Shown here in pieces: positions 1 to 13,179 of a DNA stretch of 64,000 nt. Each line of letters opens with the position of its first letter. Positions within the stretch are counted from its first letter, which is position 1. The notes beneath the pieces are model-generated. The model ran no database searches. It was not told where the DNA came from and saw only the letters and a list, made by a program, of their open reading frames with translations. Location of the stretch: assembly GCA_964304625.1 (NCBI GenBank), contig OZ199840.1, positions 383,912-447,911 on the forward strand, read 5' to 3'. Made by a program: the position numbers and the translations under genes. The DNA is from Kudoa neothunni. Its lineage: Eukaryota > Animalia > Cnidaria.

Positions 1-44
1 TCTGAGTCCGAGCGTCACACAGATGTGCTATCTGTCCTCGGCTG

Positions 45-480
45 TTAACATTGTTGAATTAAGTCGATTCCCTGGATAAATTGGTTTTATAAAGTCACAG
101 CTAGTTTGTGATTAAACAGTCCAATAAATTCCATTTTTATATTTTATTACTCATGAAAAGATATATGGGAGTTTATGTTTACCCGCGATTTGTTCGTTCA
201 CCATGAGCATGGTTTCATTTTGTTCATAAAATATTATATTATCTACATTACGTTATTTTTATTAATCAAACATAAACTTAAATTGAATAAATAACGAACA
301 TATATATCTAAAAAATGAATATAGGTGCCATTTTAACCTGGCACCAATCCAGAATTCAAGGCATTTTTATCCGAAAATTCCAGCAAAGAGTTGTTGCAAA
401 TTATGATTGCTGAAATTTCGATTAAACGAAATGTTTTATTTAGAATCTACAACGTTTTCAAATATATTTTAAAAAATCAT
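45..480 (+). repeat. ~440 bp dispersed direct repeat, copy 1 (copy 2 at 6871-7310)
   Basis: Collinear similarity from AACATTGTTGAATTAAGTCGATTCC to ...CGTTTTCAAATA in both copies, with scattered substitutions and homopolymer length differences. Confidence 0.85.
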
Positions 481-1027
481 TCGTATAGCGGGATTTTAGG
501 ATAAATGGGGTTCGACTTTATATATAAAAGTAATTATTTTAGAATAATTAGAACTTATTATTTTATGTCTTTAAGGCTGCATTAGAAAAAATATTCAGAT
601 TACGCTTTCCGAGGTCCTTCCGCATTGGTACAATAAACAGAAGGGGCATGTGTCTATTTAGACATGATTTTTGTCTCGAGGAAACTTATCCATTTAATAC
701 ATGACTGGAACAATACTAAATACTCTCTATAATAAATAGTATTACCGTTATTTTTCTAAAGTTTAATATTTTACTTCCATATTACCCCAAAAAACAATGT
801 AATGAGGGAAAAGTTTTGTTCCATTAAAAGTTCTAATTAATTTACCACACCAATATGAGCTAGATTTCAAAAAATGGTTTATATTAATATTTCAATAACT
901 TGAAAGATTGTTGTCTAGTGTAAGCTTTGCCATCTGTCAATGAATGAATCATTATATCCGTAAATGAGTGAAATTCGGGTCAATTGTATTCCGAACCATC
1001 AATTGGTAGTTCATTTAATTTTCAATC

Positions 1028-4000
1028 ATGAAAATAGCTGGATTTATTCACCTTGTTTTAGGTACCTCTTCGTGAGTTAATTTTAATACTAATGTAAGTT
1101 TAGGTGTTTTAATATCCGGCACAATCAATACTCCTGCAGCTCAAGGTCCTCAAGCTGCAAGCTGCGCCTTCAGATTCAGTACCAACGAAAACACTGAAAT
1201 ATCAGATCGTGAAAGATGCAGCTACTAGCTCGGACCAAATTAAAATCAAACCTTGAAGGCTCTGGTTATGAAAGGAACAAATTTTGTCGTATAATGCGAT
1301 CTAACGAAGCAGAAATTACAAAGGCTGCCACTCCTGCAAATACGCCAGCTACATTTATAAGCATCGCTGCCTGCAGTGCTACCTCTGCTGACGCTTCTGA
1401 TCAATGTGTTATCACTTGTAACACTGATGAGAATAAAATACCCTATGAAAAACTATCACCAAGAACTAAATACATATTCGGTCTATGTTGGCACTGCAGC
1501 AACTACTATTAAAAGCATAGATCACGGACCTGAAGCAAAAGTATTCGGATATTTCAATACGTGAGTCAATTTATTTAATATTAAAATAATTTGGATTTAG
1601 CATTGTTGGCTAATCCACAAATTACCGTGTCTACAGAAACTAATAAGCTGAAATTCGTAGCAAAAACTTGCGCACCTGTAGATTGTCCTATTTATTATAG
1701 AGATATTAAATATGTAAATGGTAACAAAGGGACAGATTGTAATAATGATAATACAGCAAACACAGTTGATTTTGATTTATTGTTACCTCATTACGAAATA
1801 AGATGCGAAAATTATCCTAGTTTCTTTTACAACATGCCCAACCAATATATGAAGAAAAACATAGCCATTTATAAGCCTCAGTTTTATATTGTATACAAAA
1901 CTGAAGGAAAAAATCGGAATTAAATTCACTAATTCGCTTTCATCTGAAATATGCTTGTTCAGTCTTAAAAATGGTCAAAGTGAAGGAAATACTGCAAAAT
2001 ATACGTCCGTTTTGTGGCGGAACCGACAAGAGTTGTTACGCACCTTGTAAGTACGTCGAACTGAATGGCACTGCGGGAAAAAATATTTATAGAATTTTAA
2101 TCAAAACAAGGCATCACGATATAGAAGCTACAGATGGTGATTTAAAAGGTTACGAACAAATTAAATTTGGTAATCCTTAGATTAATATTCATTTTGTATT
2201 ATTTTCATTAGCCATTAATGAATCAGGTGAAGGTTTGCTTTCGGCGTATACTAAGGATGGTGTTACGTTTGGTGGTACCCTCATTTAAAGGAACTACTAG
2301 TCCACAAATTACTTCATGTACTCTTAAGCATTTTTTGGCGGACACAATCGCATCAGGTTCTCCATATGAAACAACATGCGACAGTAACACTTCCCTGCAA
2401 AGTTCCTCTGGAAATAAATGCAAAACTGAATGTACATCATTTGGTGATTCAAAGACTTACAGCAGGAAAGCCATACATGATTCAGATCACATTTGAAGGA
2501 ATTAATGATCCAAATAGTTTTGCTGAAAATATATTCATAAGAACAAGTAAATCAATATATTTCGTTGTTTTTTAATTCTCGCTTAAATAAGACACATTTA
2601 AACGACACAACACACCTCGCGATTATTGTTTTAAATAAGCAAATAATGTTTTTTTTCAATAACGGATCCCATATTTATTTAAAAAAATGACGAATTATAT
2701 AGAAAAAAGGAGACAACAAAGAATATGGAGCTACTGATCCTACGAAGACAGACACGACAGTCTCTCTTACACCTATAGCTACCGCCATAACTGATGCTAA
2801 TCAAAAGAATACTGAACCTACCTGTGAGTATTTAATAAGTCTGACCGGATTAGATAGCTTTTTCCCACGCGAAATGTAATGGCAACACCCCATGTAGAGG
2901 AATTTGTAGTGAACAAGTTACGATAGAAGACCTCGAGCCAAACAAACGTGTATGACATCAGAGTGATCGCACATAAGGATTACGGAATAAAAGATTACAC
3001 AGATATACGAACAGGTTATTGAAGTTTATAATTTACTCTTTAAATTTTTTAATAGCGTTAACAACATTAACGATAACACACAAGATCACATTGGATGGTT
3101 TGTCATTGAAGGCACGATTAAATTCCGTGGATCCAACTGCAACTTGTAGTTATGTCGTACAAAAGAAGACTGCGTAACGATTACACAGACTATTACACAT
3201 GTCCTGTGGTATCGAAAGTAACGACACCTGTTACCGCCCCAGTGGTACCACCACCCCCTTCAGTTGCTCCTCCCAGTTTAAGTTCAGCAGGTCCTCAACA
3301 TAGCTAGAATTGTTGTGCCAATGGTAGCAGATGGTGGCCCAATGACAGCAGCGGAAATCTTCTGTTCCGGGTACTCCAGATACACAGCCTGCTGAGGCTA
3401 CCAACAGCATTAACACCTGTTCTTCAAATCCCCTTTGCAGTTCCATAACATTTCCCGAGTATGAAGCAGCAAATACATACAAAATTTTAGTCACAGCTAT
3501 CGGAAAATCTTCACAACAAGAGCATATCATAGAACCAAGTACTACATTTTAATGCTTCAATTTAATGTCTCTATTAAGAATTTTTTAAACGAAACTTATA
3601 TTAGGTGCACCACAAGTAAACCCCAACTGACTCCTCAAAGTTGATAATCAGTCGTCATTACACGTGATGGGAACAGTTTCATTGTAACCACCACACTTCC
3701 ATCCAGTATGAACGATTAAATCAAAATGCAGATGGGAGTTACGTAATAGCAGTGTCAAGTCTAATGCTGTAGTAAAATCTTGCATGGGAAGAAGCGTAGA
3801 CAGATGTACTGCCTTTGTGACCTGTAAAGAATTCAAAATAGATAATTTACCTGATGGAAATAACTATTATTTGACTGTTTACAATGCTCAAGATAATAAT
3901 ATTTTCGGTGGTGCTGACATTCAACAAGGTATATTATTTGTTCACAGTGTGATTTAATGTTATATATCGTAGGAGCAAAGAGTAGTTCAGGGTGAGCTTA

Positions 4001-4176
4001 ATAATATGTTTTTATCAAATTTAACATTTTTTTAGGGATAAAACCAAACTTATGTAAACATTTTTAAGTGCTGATATTTGAATTAACTGATTTTAGAATC
4101 ATTATTGCATGTGTTGCTTGTGGTTGTGGTTATTGCAATAGTTGGCATCGTGGTATTGAAGAAGAAAAGAGATTAA
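1028..4176 (+). CDS. Multi-exon type I membrane protein: signal peptide, ~7-8 Cys-containing fibronectin type III-like repeats, Pro/Thr-rich insert, TM helix, KKKRD tail. Frame broken by ~20 single-base insertions (probably sequence error; pseudogene not excluded)
   Basis: ATG 1028 MKIAGFIHLVLG/VLISG. GT-AG introns of 40-45 nt at 1062-1103, 1561-1600, 2170-2211, 2547-2591, 3015-3055, 3539-3578, 3929-3972, 3992-4035, 4054-4096. FN3 strand E-F motifs IQRLTAGKPYMIQITF, IEDLEPNKxYDIRVIA, IDNLPDGNNYYLTVY, YEAANTYKILVTA. TM LIIIIACVA-VVVVIAIVGIVVL then KKKRD-stop at 4174-4176. Confidence 0.75.
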
Positions 4177-5641
4177 ATTAATTTTTGTTAATTATAGTTA
4201 ATAGGTTAGTATTTATAATAGAAATTTTTCGACTACGTAACATTATTTTATATTTTAAGTCATTAGTTGAATTCGTTGTTTTTAGAATTTCGCCTGCGGC
4301 TTTAGAGAGAAAATAGGATTTCCAAAGTTTATTTTTTATGGTTATGTGATGTTAAAAATTTTTTCTTCGTTTTATTAATGATTCGAAATTATCTTGTTGA
4401 CTCTAATGTTTTAGTTATTATTAATTTCAAGTCTAATTAAACTACTATTAATAAATTTTCAGGTTAAAATATTAATATCGTGAGCTTGACTCTATTGTAA
4501 AAACCTATTATAATAAACTTAAGTAAATTCTTATTATTCCAAAATAAAATTTGTAACATCAATATAAAATCAATCTCCTTACATAACATTGTCTACGTTA
4601 CGATAATTAATGAATCTTCAAATAATCGCGGTGCATCATTTTAATAATTTTTAAGTTTTTTATCTATTTTTTGAATTTGTAATGAAAATTTGTAGAGAAA
4701 GTTGTTAAATGGCAAAATTATATTATTTTCATGTGGAACATAGAATTATGAAAAATTAATTTATACATAATAAATGAAAGATGAGTATTCACATTTTCAA
4801 ATTTGCTTATTGATATTTGACTTCCATGGAAGAATAGAAATTTTTTCATAACAGAACTTTTTTTTAATATTCTAAATACAATAGGTGACGGGTGGTTTGT
4901 TATCCCATTGGGACCAAAAAAAAGTACAAAACCAGCACGTATTGTGCGTGTCGTTCGTAATTTCTAAGATTGAGCGCACTATATTACGGAGGAAGAATGC
5001 TATAAATAAAGGCAATGTCTATTTGCCCGACAAATCAGTTTCTTGATCTTTTTGCTTTTTTAAGAATTTTAAAAAGAAAAATAAGGTCTGTCGGTTTATG
5101 TTTGTTAGATTACAACGTTTAAAGCCACATTCAACATGTTAGTGGTCCCAGATGGGAAGTATTACCGACGTAGCTTGATTACGGTATTCAGATTTTATTA
5201 TTTTACTTTACATTGTATTGATATATTTTTTCGTGGAAATTTATCAACAAATTTATTAATTAACCATAGTATCTATGTAAAATTGTAACGTTGTATTTTA
5301 TGAATCTTGTAACCAGGATAGCGTAGTTATACGTTCGCAATGAACAGCATCGAATGTAATGTAGAAAATAGCGGGGTGTTAACACTAAAGAGAATAGTTT
5401 TTTTAACGCCGTTTATACGTTTTGTCGCTTTTCAGAGTTGAGGATGAGAATCTAACAGTTTGAATTTCAGGACAAAAATAATATTTCCGTATTAAATTGC
5501 AAAGTTATTGAGAGTGCACGAAACGATGTGATCGGGTATTATAATATCACATGAGATTATATTTGTAAATATTATTTGATGATTAAATACCATTTCTTTG
5601 GTAAGTAGCATTAGTTATCAGAAGATTGATTTGTTCAGAAG

Positions 5642-6124
5642 TAGACTTTTTAAATTTTGGGATTTTTTCATATTTTATTTTTTAAAACATTGTTATATTA
5701 TTCGTTCTCATTTTATTTTGTAAAATAATTAACATTCTAAGAGTAACTTTGTCTGCTGCTCGGACATATTTATGAATTCTCTTATCAATAATTAATAAAA
5801 ATTTTCCTCAAAATTAATGTCCTTGTTCACTTGATGATCCTGTTTTTTATAATCCGTCTGCATCCACGACCGTCATTCAACATACGTGAATAAAGGCACA
5901 CAGCTTCTTGCATATTTGAAAGTCGGTAAAGCGAATCGAAATGCATTTGGAGCACTCGAATATGGGATCATCATGGTTTTCACTATTATATTATTCCATA
6001 TATTTTAAAATAAATATTTGGTAGAAAATCAAACTGTCCATCAAAATTTGTTTCCCCGGAAAATCCCGAATTTTTAAAATTGTTTGGGATTCGGGACTAG
6101 TTGGTCCCAAAATTTGCAAGTCTA
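5642..6124. mobile_element. Non-autonomous hAT-type MITE
   Basis: TIRs TAGACTTtttAAATTTTGGGA / reverse complement TAGACTTgcAAATTTTGGGA; 8-bp TSD TTCAGAAG / TTCGGAAG (7/8). Confidence 0.7.
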
Positions 6125-6870
6125 TTCGGAAGAATCGTTTATAAATTAAATTATAGTAATTTTAATAAGTTTCAATAATTATGTTTTATACTTAGAAAGT
6201 TGTTGACAAAAATTATGATATCTAACACGTAAACAACATATAAATTCAGCGTTCAAGAATATTCCATCATAATTGATACACATTCAAACCCCGTTTATCC
6301 GAAAATGTTGGAGCCTCGCATTTTCCTTTGGGAACCGACATTTCGGTTACACGACGTTCGTCGAATGCGCATGTGCAGTGGGAAAAATTGTAGGTTGGTT
6401 ACATATTTTTACTTTTCATTATTCAATGTTTGTTTTATATTTTTAAAGAAAACTCTACTGTTTATAAGTTGTACTAGTGAAAACAATGTGAAAATATTAG
6501 TTGAAGACACAGTTGTTCTAGATCCAACGTAGTCGGCGCACGCATACTACCGGTATGTGCGACACTAAACGCCGGTGCGCCATGTTAGAATGATACATTC
6601 TAGATTCTAAAAAATAGATTGATTATTATTATTAATTTTTTTTTATAATTTCTTCCCAATTTGGATATTTTTGATATGTACCCTATAATGGTGGTAAGAA
6701 TAATAAAGTAACAATGAGGAGTATTTTTCCCAGAATTCTCCATAACGATATTTGGAATTTCCTCAATAATTAAAATATGTCATATTCCAAAAATTTAATA
6801 TTGATTAATGATTGTTGAAACTCAATAGGACTTAAAAGTGGAGGAGTCATGAGAAAAAAACTGATGTGTG

Positions 6871-7310
6871 AACATTGTTGAATTAAGTCGATTCCGTGGA
6901 TAAATTGGTTTTATGAAGTCACAGATAGTTTATGATTAAACAGTCCAGTAAATTCCATATTTATATTTTATTACTCATGAAGAGATATAAGAGAGTTTGT
7001 CTTTACCCAAGATTTGTTCGTTCATCGTGAGATATGGTTTTCATTTTGAACATAAAATATTATATTTATCTATGTTCCGTTATTTTTATTAATCAAACAT
7101 AAACTTAAATTGAATAAATAAATAAAGAACATATGTATCAAAAAAATGAATGTATGTGGCCCTTTTAACCAGACTCTAATCCAGACTTCATGGCATTTTT
7201 TATCCGAAAATTCCAGCAGAGTTGTTGCGGATTGTGATTGCTGAAATTTCGGTTAAAACGAAATTTTTTATTTAAAATCTACATCGTTTTCAAATAAATT
7301 TAAAAAATTT
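6871..7310 (+). repeat. ~440 bp dispersed direct repeat, copy 2
   Basis: Matches 45-480; carries several +1 homopolymer extensions relative to copy 1. Confidence 0.85.
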
Positions 7311-7912
7311 TTAGCTTACTTTTATGGAGTTATCTACAGAATAAAAAACCATCAAGCGCCAAACACTATTTAACGTTCATTTGTAGGGTTAGACGAAAAT
7401 TACTCAAAGAGAGCGCTTGTCAAATGGTTAGCTCGATTCTCATTTTTTTAACAACACAAGGTTCTCTACTTCTTTGGGGTTTCTCTGTAATTTTTCGAAA
7501 ACGTATTACAATATGCTAAGCGCAAAATGAACAATGATTTCTAATACTACGAATCCTGTACACATGGATTAAATAATTAAAATGGATACGTTCAATTTTT
7601 TCTATGAACTGAAAAATAATTCTGACGATTTAATCGATTATTAGGAAACTATAACGCATATTAATTACATAATTAGGCAGCCTAATTTAATTTTTTGTTA
7701 AAATAAAAAAAATGCTAGGGTCGAAATTGACTCCATTTAGGAGCGTACGTCATTTTTTCGAGCAACGTCCCGTATGGGCTACAAGACGTTTGAAGACACT
7801 TCTCTTACAGCTATTATTGTAGAGAAAGAAAAATGACAAGGTTGAGAAAAAAAATTGTTTTTTGTTATTGCTCTCGACGTGCTTCCGCTATCGGCATTCG
7901 GTAAGAAAAGTT

Positions 7913-8974
7913 GGTTTAATTGCAGTATACGTGTTGGACCTTGGGCGAAAAAATTCACACTCGTTAAAAATCCTAAAGAATATTTAAACAGTATATAAAT
8001 TCAGTATATATTTACAAAAGGTGCTAATTTCTTTTACGAGGTATTTTCTTCAATACAAGAAATCGGTTATGTATTCAGCAAGACGGTCTGGATTTTTATT
8101 GGGTCGCGTTTCTATATTTGCGCTTGAAAGTACCCCATGTTGCCTCTATTTTATTCGTGTGGACGCCTTCATCAGAAAACAAATCGGCGCTTATGAATTA
8201 ACGGTTCCGTGTGTAAATCCTAATGTTTCCATGCGGTTGTATCCACCTCAACCATCAGTCCCAAATAATGGAACCTTCCTCGACATTCTCGCATATGATT
8301 TCTTCTGGGATTACTGCGATTTCTTTCTTGAAGTATCTTGTTCCCACAATTATCATCTTCGTCTATTTCCCGAATCATCTGATACTGTTGATTTCGAAGG
8401 ATACACCCACATCATATTTTCTCTTTGTTATGGCGGTTTCATCGATTTTAACCACAATGCCTTTCCCACAAATTTTTGAAAACTCTTGATCCAATATTCG
8501 AAGCCATCAGGTCTTTTAGCATGTTTTTCCAACCACATATTGTAGAATACGATGAGATATCCAAATGATTCTTTAAACTTTCATGTCATATTGGGATGCT
8601 GTATTATATAAACAATCACAAGAAAAGAGTTCCATATTGGAATTTTCGATTGTTCAAAAAATAGATCTATTCTTATGTAACGTCGTTTAGAACATTGTTC
8701 GTATTTTATATTGGCACCCATCACCAATATCTTTTCGTAAAATTATGTACATACTTCCATCATAAGAACAAGTGCGGATACTATTTAATAAGCTAATATT
8801 TTGTAAACATTTAATAGTATAGAATAAATCCTCTCGAAAATATCCATAATCTAACATTTTTATTCTAAAAAATATTTTCTAAAGTGAATATTGCTTTAAA
8901 AAAAGACATTCGCGGGAAAAAACGAACATTCGGTGAAATTAGTGGAGGCCAGACACGTATACTGTAATCTGGCC
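7913..8974 (-). mobile_element. Merlin (IS1016/ISXO2-like) DNA transposon with decayed transposase
   Basis: Minus-strand motifs KICGKGIVVKIDETAITKRKY, NVEEGSIIWTDG, GFTHGTVNH, GVHTNKIEATWGTFKR. Imperfect TIRs GG....ATTRCAGTATACGTGT. Perfect 8-bp TSD GAAAAGTT (7905-7912, 8975-8982). Stops and frameshifts. The plus-strand ORFs 8021/8223 are shadows. Confidence 0.85.
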
Positions 8975-9848
8975 GAAAAGTTTTGGTTAAACTATAGTAT
9001 CTGTGTCTGTGTATGAACTTCGGGCGGTATCAGGCACGTAATCGAAAATAAAATCGTTTCGTACAATTCGTCCTGTTAACGCACTTCTTTTTTCGTAAGT
9101 TATACATTTTTGTTTTTATCACAAAAAAATAATTGAGATTTTACTAAATTTTAGACAAATAAAAATTAACTTGTAAACCGTGAATAAATCCAAAGTCGAG
9201 CATATTCGGAAACACGCGAAGTCTTCATGTTGTTGAGAAATACATCAAAAAAAATTTATATTTCTCTATAATTTTAGAATTATTTATTATTATTATTCAA
9301 TAAACGTTTATCAATTTTTTTTATTTGTATCCTGTTAGTAATAAATGTGTAAATGTCCAATCATGTGACATCGGTATTTTAAAAACATAACTCTCTGATT
9401 TATTCTATTCGCAATTAGAACGAAGATTTTTAGATTTAACGATAACACTTTCCAATGAACTTTTTAGTTTATAAATTTTTGTTTGGTAGTTTATTCTTGA
9501 TAAAAATAAATTATGACAAATGTTCGATAATTCAAATATTAGAATTTTTAAATTATTTTATTTAGTTATTTTATACATATATATATATATACATTTATTA
9601 ACTCGTAAAAAAATATTTGACGGGTATTTTTCAAGTAAAATTAACTTTAAACTAGAGTAAGCGGCACAAACAAAAAATTAAAGATTTTATTGTAATTAAA
9701 GGTAAGTCAATCATAGTGATAATGTATGTTCAGAGCATTTTTTAAACTACCTATCTTAAAAAGATTACAACTAATGTAGGGATAGTACGCTCTTGGGGGA
9801 CCTTTTAGATGTGTAGCATTCCTGCAGTACGTAGTAACCATGCTCGCG

Positions 9849-9895
9849 GCGCATAATGCCAAAAGAATAAGGCGCATAATGCCAAAAGAATAATG
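9849..9895. repeat. Tandem duplication of ~23 bp (GCGCATAATGCCAAAAGAATAA x2)
   Basis: Seen directly. Confidence 0.8.
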
Positions 9896-10056
9896 GTGGC
9901 GCGCGGTCGTATATTGTATTTAAAAATTACATTTTCATTCATATATTAATGACTACCGCTAATGTCCAACTTTGCCTGGTAGGTACTATGTGATGGAAAA
10001 TTTTAACTGTAAGTTTTATTTCTGAATGAAGAAATTCTACGATTAAGTCAATTTAA

Positions 10057-12170
10057 CCCTCTAATAGATTTGGGGTAAAATAAAACCCCAACTTTTTCTC
10101 TTTCAGAATTAAAGATAAAAATGTTCTATAGTATTTTTACTAAGTTGAGAATTTACTGAAGGGTAAGTTATAAAATATAACGTTCTTAATTCTTACCAAA
10201 ACATTATTAAGTTCATTAGACTCGCGCACATCGCCTCCCCTTCAAAAATGGATTATTTGGATAGCAGCTGCTGTGACATTACAGATATTTCTAATAGTGA
10301 ATATGACGATAATTTCACAGAATCCGAAGAAGGATCAGATATTTTGGAGTGTGAACCGTTTGATCAATCTACAGTGAGTAAAGAAAGGAATTATAAGGAG
10401 TTATCAAAAACTACCAACTTCCAAAGCACCAAAATGTGATATTATGCAGCCGTCACCTGGTCTTACTGCCTATTACACATCAAGAGTCAAAACCCAACTC
10501 GATTGTTTTTATATATTTTTACAAAAGAAATCATTTCGACGATAATAAAATATACTAATTAGTTTGGTACATCGAAACGTGACAATTCGCATGATGTCGA
10601 CGAGATTAAATTTAAAGGTTTTGGGGGTATTTTAATTCTTATGGCCATTCATAAAGACCGCGGTGAACCTGTTGGTGAACTTTTTAGTACCTCCGAGGGC
10701 ATGTGTGTTTATAGGCAGTTGTTCAGTTATTAAAAATTTCGTCAGATATCTAGGGCGATTCATTTTTACGACTATAATACTCGAGAGGAAAGAAAAACGG
10801 AGGACGAGTTTTGGTTTTGTGCGATTCGTGACATTTTTAGTATGTGGACAGACATTTTACCAAAATGCTTTGTACCGTTCGAAGATGTCACTATCGATGA
10901 ATAGTTAATGCCATTTAAGGGAAGATGCCCATTCCGGCAGTACATGCCGTTAAAGCCTGCTAAATACGATATAAAATTTTTTTTAGCTGTGGATCCCGTC
11001 GGATGCTATGTGTACAGTGTTGATGTGTATCTTGGTAAAAATGGACTTCGACCCCAAAAATCCGCCAGCGTTGGCGAAAATATCGTTATAAAGCTTTGTG
11101 AGCCACTTTATTTCTCTGGTGGAAATGTTGTAATGGATAATTTCTTTACGTCATACAATCTAACGAATAAGCTCCTCGAAAAAAATATGACTCTGTTGGG
11201 TGCTATTCGATATAACAAGCCGGAAATTCCACCTTGTGCTCTGCCATCCAAAACTAAACGTGTTTATAGCAGTCAATATTTGTTCAACGAGAAACATATG
11301 ATAACGTCATATGTAAGCAAAAAAAACAAAGCGGTAATATTGTTGTCTTCAGGATCAACGAACGATAGAATTAATGATGATTATAAACGTAAACCAGAAG
11401 TTATTATTCATTATTATTCATTATAATTCAACAAAAGGCGGTGTTGATACTGTGGACCGTATGCTGTCAACCGTTTCTGTTAGACGACATAACAGAAGAT
11501 GGCCTATAGTGGTATTTTTTAATATAGTCGATTTATCACTTGTAAATGCAATGTCCGCATACAACAAAATATTTGTTGGAAATATTATTCGAAGAAAATT
11601 TTTGAAAATAATGACTAAATTGTTATTTGATCCACTTATGGAAAGAAATGTAGCAAATAACAGTTATCAAAAGGCCTTCGTTCTGCACTGCACAACAACC
11701 CAATACACCGAACTCCCCAAGTAAATTGTCAAGGTACGAATTTTGCCCCAGGAAGTTAGATAAAAAACAAACAATGTTTGTTTCAAATGTAGTAGATACT
11801 GTTGCAAAAACCATGTATTAAACGTTTGCAATTATTGTTGTCATTAATTCTTCTCATTTTATAATTCTTATAAATTGATTTAGCAATTAATTATAATTTC
11901 ATTTTTACTAACAAAGATGTTTGCTATGATGCACAATAAAAAACTATCCATTACGTTTAAATTAGAGCAGCGATTTTTAACGATGTTAGTTGTCGTAGGG
12001 TTATAGGGATTATTTATTTATTTTCAACTGATTCTGACACTATATTTATTCTATCTTGTATAATTTCAAAAATTTATAGTTTTTTCTTGCATATGGAATG
12101 AAAAAAACGTGGGGTATTTTTTTACCCCAAAATCCATCGGAGTTAAGTCGATTTTAAGTACACTAGAGTG
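10057..12170 (+). mobile_element. Full-length piggyBac element with decayed transposase (10248-~11850)
   Basis: TTAA TSDs at 10053-10056 and 12171-12174. Termini CCCTCTA/CACTCTA. Subterminal IR GATTTGGGGTAAAA...ACCCCA. Motifs TIDE*LMPFKGRCPFRQYMPLKPAKY, VVMDNFFTS, YNSTKGGVDTVD, RRWP, Cys-rich C-terminus. In-frame stops and frameshifts. Confidence 0.92.
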
Positions 12171-13179
12171 TTAATTGGTACGTTAAAAATTTTAAGTTTT
12201 ACTTTTCTATTTTAATTGTTGCATTTTAAAGCCCGTCGTTATTTTTGCAATATGACGATTTGGAGAAACAAAATTATGCTCGCACATTCCATTCAAATAT
12301 AAATAGAGGTATTGAGGGAAATTTATGAGTATTTTTAAATTTATTTTACAAATTATGACCAAAAATATAAGGACATTAATTTTATGAGCAATTTAATTAA
12401 CTATTCAAGTTCATTTATTTACTAAACAAAATCATTAAGTAACTTAAATAGGATTTCCAGTCCTTTTCAAAATCTTACGATAAAAATTAATCCTTCTAGT
12501 TATAAAATGTATTACCACTCTAAAAACGATACAAAAAATAAAATCGACCTAAGATGCGTCGGAAACAAAAATATTAATTGTTACTCCTTTTTTCAATTTT
12601 ATAAAGGATGTTAATGAGGTTTTAATAATCTGTGAGATGTAACTTTCGTATTTACTATTTTAACATAATTTCCCAATTTTTAAATGACTGAAATCTTTCT
12701 TTTTAACAGAAATATATAAATTAAATTATCAAAATATTATTAAATCTAAAATGTGAAAATGTTTTTGGTTTGAAAAATTATAGTCATGCTTAAATATCAA
12801 CTGGTTTTCTTGAAGGAGTGCACCCTTCTAAAAATATACGTACTGTTTAATTGGTCTAAAAAAATTCCTTAAAATGTTAAGTTTATACATTTCTAACCAG
12901 GGGAATTGTTAAAAAATTATATTCTTTTAAATTAAAGTTATCATTGATACTTGGAAATATTTATATGATATGAAAACGAAGTTGAAGAGGAAAACAATAT
13001 CCGGAATACGATAAGGATAAAATTTTATACACAAACACTTATTATATCGTACAAATTCATTCTTAATAGCGCGCGTTTTAGTAAATTACTGCAAAGTTTT
13101 TGCAATCAACAAGTTGAATTAATTTCTGTAACTTCTATTGTGTTATTCATAATGTAATATTTTTTTGGGTCAGTAATTC

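Noticed and set aside
1216-3836. Short ORFs on both strands as separate small genes
   Set aside because: They are fragments or antisense shadows of one spliced FN3-like gene.
8021-8489. Plus-strand 152 aa and 88 aa ORFs
   Set aside because: Antisense to the Merlin transposase.
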